Positions 55,001 to 64,000 of a stretch of DNA of 64,000 nt are shown one piece after another. Made by a program: the position numbers and the translations under genes. Location of the stretch: positions 124,001 to 188,000 of the forward strand of contig NGBS01000293.1 in the NCBI GenBank assembly GCA_002245135.1. The letters run 5' to 3'. The DNA is from Proteromonas lacertae (taxonomy: Eukaryota). Position 1 is the stretch's first letter, and each line of letters opens with the position of its first letter. The notes beneath the pieces were generated by a model, which had not been told where the DNA came from, did not search any database, and saw nothing but the letters and a program-made list of their open reading frames with translations.

Positions 55001-58000
55001 TTCCAGAATTGAAAGCCAAATTATCAGAATTATTAAAAGAATACAAAGAGAGATTCGATAAAGAATATGAAGATGAAATAAGTGAAGAAGAAAAGTTATT
55101 GAAAGAAAAGACTCGAGAAAAGACAATTCTATTAGATGAAATAAATCAACTAGAAGATAATTTGAACAAACCCGAAGAAGAAAGATACAAAGACAATATA
55201 GATGAAGAAATTAAAGAATTGAAAGAGAAAAGAGATGAATTATTGAAAGATTATAAAGACAAATTTGGAAATGATTTTGTTTATTCAGCTGAGATAATCA
55301 GTGATGAAAGTGAGAATAAAGAAGAAGAAAAAGTCGAAGATGTAAAAGATATAAAAGAAAAGAATGATGATAAAGAAAATAAAGAAAGTGAAAAGAAAAA
55401 GCTGATGAAAGAAATCGAGATATTAGAAGATTGTTTAAGAAAAGATAATTTAGATGAAAATCTAAAAGAATTAGAAGATGAAATGAAAGAAGAGAAAGAA
55501 AAATTGAAAGAAATGAAAGAAGAAGATGAAAAATTAAAAGAAGAAAATGAAATTGAATTAAATGAGTTAAAAGAAAAACGAAATGAACTATTAAATGAAT
55601 TAAAAATGAAGAATGGAAGTGAAGATATAAAAAAGTTAGAAGAACTATTGAATGAATTAGATAAAGTGAGAAATGAAGAAGATGATATGAAGAGTAAAGA
55701 AGATGAAAATATGAAAATGTCAAAATGCAAAGAAGAAGAAAAGAGTAAATTGAAAGAAGAAATGGATAATCTTGAAGATGCATTGAATAACCCTGAATTA
55801 AACAGAATAAATAGTAGCGAAAACATGTTAATGAAAGTGAAAGATGAAAATGAAAATAGTATAGATACTGAACTTAAAGAATTGGAAAATAAAAGAGATG
55901 AGTTATTGAAAGAAATTCAAGACACTATATTTCCAGAAATATATATTCCTTCGTTTATAGGATATAAAAGCTCTTTAAGTGAATTACACGAAAGAAAAGA
56001 TCAATTAAAAAGAGAAAATCAACTGTTACAAGAGTTGTTAGAAAAACCAACTGACTTAGTGTGTGATGAAACTCCATTGAATGAAAAATATGAAGATGAA
56101 GATACTGTAGAAGGAGAAGACGAAGATATATTAAAATTAGAAGATGAAAAGAAGGAGTTATTAGAGAATTTAAAAGAGAAATATGGAACTGATGATATTG
56201 AAGAGATTAAAAACAAATTTGAAGAAAATGTAAAACATCCAAGAACTGCTGTAAGAAATATGAAACATGATATTAGTTTATTGAAAAGTATATTAGAAAA
56301 TCCAAATATAAGTAAAGAGGTTAATAGCAGTGAAGATGATAATGATGATGAACTCGAAGAATTATTAAAACAGAAGAATGATTTAGTAAAGCAATTAAAA
56401 GAAAAATATGGAGATGAAAAAGCTCAATTATTATTGGATAACATGGAACATAAACCAATGAATGAATCTATTAAAGAAATTCCAGATACAGTATATCAAC
56501 ATACAACAATTGGTGATAATAGTGATAAATATGATTTAGATGAGGAAAAGCAGAAACTAAAAGATGAAATAGATATAATTGAACAATTTGTTAAAAAGGC
56601 AGATGTGAATGATATTATAACTAAGACAAACGATGAAATTAAAGATGCAAAAGAAAAGATTAATAAATATAATAACTATGATGACCCAGAGTTAAAAGAA
56701 TTAGAAAAAAGAAAAGAAGAATTACTAAATGAATTAAAAGAAAAGTCAAAACTGAATCAGCCAGGAAAATTAAAGGAATTATTAAAAGAATTAAATGACT
56801 TAAAAGATGAATTAAACGAATTACAAAGATCAGGACCATCAATGGAAGAAAAATGTGAAGAGGAAAAGAGAAAATTGAATAATGACATAGAAAAACTTGA
56901 AAGTCTATTGAATGACTCTGATTCTTCTTCACCTGATAAACTAGAAGAGGAAGTTACGAGTTTAAGAGAAGAAGTGGAAAGTAATAAAGAATCTAAAGAA
57001 AACGAGTTATATGAAAGTAACCCAGAGTTGAAGGAATTGAAACAAAAAAGAGATGAGTTAATGGATCTATGCAAAGAAAAGCTAGGAAATGATTTTGTGT
57101 ATGAAAGTGTATTAATTGGAAATGATAGTACTGAACAAGAAGGAGAAATGAAGATAATTCCTGATGAAATAAAAACCAAAGAAGAATATGAAGACGAGAT
57201 AAAGAAACTAGATGAAATATTAGAAAATCAAAATCTGAATAATGTAGATGATATGGAAGAAAAGAAAAAAGAATTAGAAGAAAAATCTAAAGAAGAAAAC
57301 AAAGATAAATCAGAATTAGAGGAATTAAAGAATGAATATAATGATAAACTCAATAGTATAAAATCTATAAGTGGTACTGATGATATTGAAAAATTATCAC
57401 AATTATTAGATGAAATTGATGAATTAAAGAGTAAAAATAGTGATGTTGATGGATTAGAGTCACAAAATGTTAGTAAAGAGAAAATAAATAATTTGAAAAA
57501 AGAAATTGAGGATTTAGATAAATTACTTTCCAACGAAAATATTAGTGACATTGAAACATTAGAGAAATTTAAAGAAGCTTTATCTCAATATGAAGGATAT
57601 TCTCCTGGTGATGTTATATTACAATCATTATCTAAAAGAAGAGATGATTTATTGGATAAATGTAAAGAGAAATTTGGTGAAAGATTCATATATCAGCCAG
57701 ATGTTATATCTGTTGTTAGTAGATTAAATGATGATAGTGAAATAAAGAAGAGTAGATTAGAAGAAGAAATAAATAAGTTAGAGGAAATATTGGACAATCC
57801 TGAATTATTGAGAAAAGAAGATGCTGAAACTACTGAATCAGGAAAAATAGATGAAAATGAAGAAGAAATTGAAGATAAAGAAATTAAAGAATTGAAAGAG
57901 AAAAGAGATGAATTATTGAAAGATTATAAAGACAAATTTGGAAATGATTTTGTTTATTCAGCTGAGATAATCAGTGATGAAAGTGAGAATAAAGAAGAAG

Positions 58001-61000
58001 AAAAAGTCGAAGATGTAAAAGATATAAAAGAAAAGAATGATGATAAAGAAAATAAAGAAAGTGAAAAGAAAAAGCTGATGAAAGAAATCGAGATATTAGA
58101 AGATTGTTTAAGAAAAGATAATTTAGATGAAAATCTAAAAGAATTAGAAGATGAAATGAAAGAAGAGAAAGAAAAATTGAAAGAAATGAAAGAAGAAGAT
58201 GAAAAATTAAAAGAAGAAAATGAAATTGAATTAAATGAGTTAAAAGAAAAACGAAATGAACTATTAAATGAATTAAAAATGAAGAATGGAAGTGAAGATA
58301 TAAAAAAGTTAGAAGAACTATTGAATGAATTAGATAAAGTGAGAAATGAAGAAGATGATATGAAGAGTAAAGAAGATGAAAATATGAAAATGTCAAAATG
58401 CAAAGAAGAAGAAAAGAGTAAATTGAAAGAAGAAATGGATAAACTGGAAGAGTTATTAAATAATCCATTATTAGAAAGACGAGAAGATATGGAAAACAAA
58501 ATAGAAGAATTGAAAGAAGAACTGGAATTGAATGAAGTAAAAAGTTTAGAAGAATTAGAAAGTCGATTAAAAGATATATTATCGATAGTATCCAATGAAA
58601 AAGAAGAAAATGAAATCGATACTGAAAATATCTATATTTGTGATTTACTTGGACTGAACAGTATAATGAGAGTAGATGAAGAATATGTAAGTAAAGAAGA
58701 AGAAAAAGAAAGTGATAATTTAAGACTAGAGAATGAGAATGAAAATTTAAAGAATAACTACAATGAAGCATTAAACAAAATCAAAAAGTTGAATGACAGA
58801 ATTGAAGAATTGGAATTAGAAAATTCCAATAAGAATGATAATAAAGATGATTTAGAAAAGAATTATGACGAGATAAAGAATGAGAATGATAATTTGAATG
58901 AATCATTGAAAGCTAAAGAAAGTGAATATATGAAAGAGAATCTTGAATTAGAAAGTAAGTTGAAAGAAGTGGAAGATAAATTATGTGAGAATGAATCTGA
59001 GTTGAAAGAGAAAGAAGATAAGATCGAAGAATTGGAAAATGAGAATGCGAAATTAAAAGAGAAGAATGAATTGGGAGAAGAAATCCAGAGATTATTAAAT
59101 GATATATTAGAGAAAGATAAGAATGATGAAGAGATGAATGAGTTAAAAGAAAATCGAGAAAAATGTTTAGAAGAGTTATATAATAAATATCCAAGTGCTG
59201 ATGTAGATAAATTGAAGAGAATGATAAATGAGTTAAAAGAAAATGATAATAAATTAGAAGAAATGAATGAAGATAATGATGATAATAAAGTGAAATTAAT
59301 GAATGAGATAAAACTGTTAAAAGATTGTTTAAATAATGAAAAACTGAATGTAGATGATATAGTTGAAGATTTAGAAAATCTTAATAAAGAAAGTGAAGAT
59401 GACGAGTTGAAAGAATTGAAAGAAGAAAAGAATGAATTATTGAAAGAGTTAAAAGATAATCTAAATCCAGAGATATTTGAGAATATGATAATTGGAAGAG
59501 AAAGTAAAATGATGAATAAAGAAGATGAAAAGAAAGAACTACAAAAAGAAATAGATAAATTGAAAGAAATATTAGAAAATGAAGAATTAATGAAAGACGA
59601 AGAAATAATAAATGCTGAAGAAAAGTTAGAAGACAATGATGAAATAGATAAAGATGATGAAATATGCAAATTAGAAGAAGAAAAGAGAGATTTATTAAAT
59701 GTAATTGAAAAAGACTTAAAACCTGAAAATAAGAAAAAATATGAAGAAATGATGAAAGAATTAAAAGAGTTAAAGAAAGAAAATGAAAAGATGAAAGAAA
59801 GTCAACTATCTGCCGAAGAAAGTAAAGTATATAAAGAGAAGTTATTAGAAGAGATAGAAAAACTAGAAAATAACTTGAAAGAGAATATAAGTGATGAAAA
59901 ATTGAAAGAAGCTGAAGCTGAATTAGAAAAGAGTCGTGAAGAAAATGAAAAATTGAAAGAAGAAGAAGACAAAGAATTAAAAGAATTAGAGAATCGTCGA
60001 AATGAATTATTAGATAATTTAATAAATGAATTAAGTGATTATCGAACAAAACGAACCGAAGATCCAAATTATTTGAATGATGAAAATCTAGCAAACAAAG
60101 AAGAAATGTTAAAAGAAATCTCAAAACTTGAAAAAACATTGAAAGAACGAGATAATGAAAATGTCAAATTACTGGAAGAGATGAAAGCGAAAGAATCTAA
60201 ATATGAAAGTGAATTAAAAGAATTGATGAATAAACGAGATGAATTAAAGAATGAATTAAAGAATGAATTGAGTAATGAGAATGTTTATTCAATCGATCTA
60301 ATAAGTGGTGAAAGTTTGAAAATGGAAGAGAATGATATTGATGAAATGTCTAAATTGAAAGAAGAAATGGAAATATTAGAAGCTTATAAGAATGAGATAA
60401 AATTAAAAGAAGACAAAGGATATGATGATGAAAGTAGTTTAGAAGAATTAGAAGAAAAGAAAGAAAAACTATTGAAAGATATTAAAGAAGAGAAAGGATT
60501 GGAAGATATAAATGAATTGAAAGATAGAATAGAAAAGATGAAAGAGAATCGAGAAGAAAAGAATAGATTGAGAGATGAGATTGAAAAACTAGAAGAAATC
60601 TTAAATAATCCAGAATTAGAAAGTGAATTATGTAAAAACGAAAAAGTAAAAGATAGTGAAAGTGGAGATAATAAATCTGATGAAGATGAAGATTTGAAAG
60701 AATTGAAAGAGAAAAGAGATGAATTATTGAAAGATTATAAAGACAAATTTGGAAATGATTTTGTTTATTCAGCTGAGATAATCAGTGATGAAAGTGAGAA
60801 TAAAGAAGAAGAAAAAGTCGAAGATGTAAAAGATATAAAAGAAAAGAATGATGATAAAGAAAATAAAGAAAGTGAAAAGAAAAAGCTGATGAAAGAAATC
60901 GAGATATTAGAAGATTGTTTAAGAAAAGATAATTTAGATGAAAATCTAAAAGAATTAGAAGATGAAATGAAAGAAGAGAAAGAAAAATTGAAAGAAATGA

Positions 61001-64000
61001 AAGAAGAAGATGAAAAATTAAAAGAAGAAAATGAAATTGAATTAAATGAGTTAAAAGAAAAACGAAATGAACTATTAAATGAATTAAAAATGAAGAATGG
61101 AAGTGAAGATATAAAAAAGTTAGAAGAACTATTGAATGAATTAGATAAAGTGAGAAATGAAGAAGATGATATGAAGAGTAAAGAAGATGAAAATATGAAA
61201 ATGTCAAAATGCAAAGAAGAAGAAAAGAGTAAATTGAAAGAAGAAATGGATAAACTGGAAGAGTTATTAAATAATCCATTATTAGAAAGTGAATTATTGA
61301 AGAAAGCCCAAGTTGATATTGATGAATCAGGTATAGAAGATGACGAATTAAAAGAATTAGAGAATAAACGAAATGAAATATTAAATGAGATAAAAGAGAA
61401 GAGTGGTGAAGAAGATATTGAAAAGTTAGAAAGTTTATTAAAAGAATTGGAAGACAAGAAAAATGAGAATGCTGATGTTAAAGAAAGATTATTAAAAGAG
61501 AAAGAAGAAAAAGTTGAAGAAAATGAGAAACTGAAGAATGGTTTAAAATCTGAAATTTGCAAATTAGAAGATTTATTAAAAGATTTAGATGGTAAAAATA
61601 AAGATGAAATCTTGAATGAACTTAAAATCTTAGAAAATGATTCAATAGAAAATCGTCTAAAAATGGATAAAGAAGAAGAAGAACGAGAAAAAGAGATTAA
61701 TGAATTGAAGAAAGAAAAAGAAGATTTAATGACCCAATTAAGTGAATTAAATGAAAATCGTGAAAATGAATTAAATGAAATGAAAGAAGAAATTTATGAA
61801 ATCGAAATAATCGGAAATGAAAGTAAAATGAATGATGATGAAGAAATGAAATTATCAATGTTAAAAGATATAGAAGATTTAGAGAGATTAATAAAAGAAA
61901 AAGAAGAAGAATTAAGTAAACTGAAAGAGTTAAATGAAAACAAGTTATTAGAAGATGTTAATAAAGTTGAAGAAGAATTAGAAGAAGAGAATAATAAATT
62001 AAAAGAAAAAGAAGAAAAACTGAACAAGTTAAATGAATTAGAAGAAGATCGAGATAAATTATTAGAAGAAATCATAGAAAAGAGTGGAAGTGAAGATATA
62101 GATAAATTGAAAAAGATGTTAAATGAATTGAAAGGATTAAAGAATGAAAATACTGAAGATGATGCTAAATTAGACAAAAGTGCAGAATTGAAGAATAAAT
62201 ATGAAAATGATATAAAAGAGTATAAAGAAATCCTAGAAAATGTAGAATTAAAGCCAATAGAAGAAATGGATAAAGATTTAAAAGAAATGGAAGAAAAGAT
62301 ATTAGAAAATAATGTTGATAATAAAGAATTGAAAGAATTACGAGATGAACTAGATAATTTAAAGAATGAGTTGAAAGAGAAGAGTGGAGTTGAAGATATT
62401 TGTGAAGTGACTAAGAAATTGAAAGATATAAAGAATAAAGAGAATGAATTGAAAGAAAGTGAAAATAAGATGAAAGAAAAGACAGAATTGAAAGATGAGA
62501 TACAAAAATTAAAAGCAAAAGATAATAAAGAAAATCCTGAAGAAGTAGATGAAGTTGTAAATGACGAAGAAATGAATGAACTTAAATCCAAGCGAGATTC
62601 ATTAGTAAAAGATTATGAAAACAAAAAATTATTAGAAAATGAAATATCAAAGTTAGAAAGAATACTAATAAACCCAACACTGAAAGAACTTGTTGATGAA
62701 AGAGATAAAGATTTAGAAGAAATAATCGAAGAAATGGATAGTTTAGACATTCCTAATTTACGAAAATCAATAAATGATTATTTAAGTCAACCAAAATCTG
62801 AAGATTATTCTCCATCTGAAGAAAATTATGATGAATTAGAAAAATTAGAAAAAGAATTAAAATTACTAGAAGAAGTGATGTTAAATCCTAATATATCTGA
62901 TTCGATCAAGACTTTAGAAAAACGAATAAATGATGTAAAGAAACATGTAGATGAGTTAGAAAAAGATCAAGTAGATGATGATGATTTTAATCGAATAATG
63001 AATTTACATGATAAATTATTAGAACAATTACATGATGAATGGGGTTTAAATGATTATGAGAAAGTGATGAAATTAATACCTGAATTAATGGAATTAGAAT
63101 CAAAAGTGAATGAATTAGAGAACAGTAATCAGACAACCGAAGATAAGAATCATTTAGAACGTGAGATCGAAGAATTGGAGAAATGTGTAAATAATGCCAA
63201 TATTGAAGATGGAATCAAACGATTAGAAGAATTAGTTAATGGTAAAGAATATGAAAAAAGTCGTTTAGAGAACTTAGAGAAAGATAAGAATGATTTATTA
63301 AGTAAACTGAAAGACAGATTAAATGGTGATGAAAATGAACTAGAGAAAGTGAAAGATTTGATAAAAGAGTTATTAGAAAGTGGAACATACGTATCTAATG
63401 AAAATGAAATCTACTCAATCGATATAATAAGTAATGAAAGTAAATTGATAGAAAAAGATGATGAAATGAAAGAATTGAAAGAAGAGATAAGATTATTAAA
63501 CGAATTGAAAGATAGTGAAAATGTTGAAGAACATATGAAAGAATTAAAGAATGAATTAAAAGAAAAAGAAGAAAAACTGAACAAGTTAAATGAATTAGAA
63601 GAAGATCGAGATAAATTATTAGAAGAAATCATAGAAAAGAGTGGAAGTGAAGATATAGATAAATTGAAAAAGATGTTAAATGAATTGAAAGGATTAAAGA
63701 ATGAAAATACTGAAGATGATGCTAAATTAGACAAAAGTGCAGAATTGAAGAATAAATATGAAAATGATATAAAAGAGTATAAAGAAATCCTAGAAAATGT
63801 AGAATTAAAGCCAATAGAAGAAATGGATAAAGATTTAAAAGAAATGGAAGAAAAGATATTAGAAAATAATGTTGATAATAAAGAATTGAAAGAATTACGA
63901 GATGAACTAGATAATTTAAAGAATGAGTTGAAAGAGAAGAGTGGAGTTGAAGATATTTGTGAAGTGACTAAGAAATTGAAAGATATAAAGAATAAAGAGA
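46035..64000 (+). CDS. Giant (>5900 aa, 3' incomplete) intronless acidic coiled-coil repeat protein; single +1 indel near 51367
   Basis: ORF 46035-51371, then a second frame (ATG ATA ATT GGA at 51421) in which I see no stop up to 64000. The duplicate of the junction (~59427) lacks the extra base. Confidence 0.8.
49860..62490 (+). repeat. Near-identical ~4.6 kb direct duplication (about 49860-54430 vs 57925-62490) with nested shorter modules
   Basis: Offsets are 8065 nt before and 8064 nt after the indel (49889/57954; 52701/60765). The KDKFGNDFVYSAEIISDE module occurs five times. Confidence 0.9.

Noticed and set aside
49860..61250. Repeat-spacer pattern resembling a CRISPR-like array
   Set aside because: The repeats are ~0.5 kb in-frame coding modules in a eukaryotic gene.
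46505..63734. Many minus-strand F/S/L-rich ORFs
   Set aside because: They are antisense shadows of the GAA/AAA-rich giant coding strand.

Overview
This is very AT-rich, gene-dense eukaryotic DNA with many tiny spliceosomal introns (mostly 26-37 nt), which fragment the supplied ORF track. Intron size, the He_PIG/PA14 surface protein and the gene content suggest an opalinatan stramenopile (Blastocystis/Proteromonas-like); this is inference. Manual splicing gives, in order: a possible condensin CAP-G tail, CFAP73/CCDC42, BTB-Ig-SPRY-like copy 1, a ~2260-aa dynein-stalk/abhydrolase/IQ/SAM/ankyrin protein, copy 2, a membrane hybrid histidine kinase, an unknown gene, two small Tim genes, a coiled-coil protein, Sec10 with 16 NPFG repeats and a U12 AT-AC intron, a large Ig/PA14 type-I surface protein, copy 3, GBF1, an XRCC2-RPA1-RAD17 cluster with E2F sites, and a >18 kb intronless repetitive coiled-coil gene running off the end. 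The most novel-looking system is the inverted, mosaic three-copy BTB-Ig-SPRY family, with a conserved N-terminus and an almost purely non-synonymously diversified C-terminal domain. Scattered small insertions are probably assembly errors. All domain calls were made by eye, without database searches.
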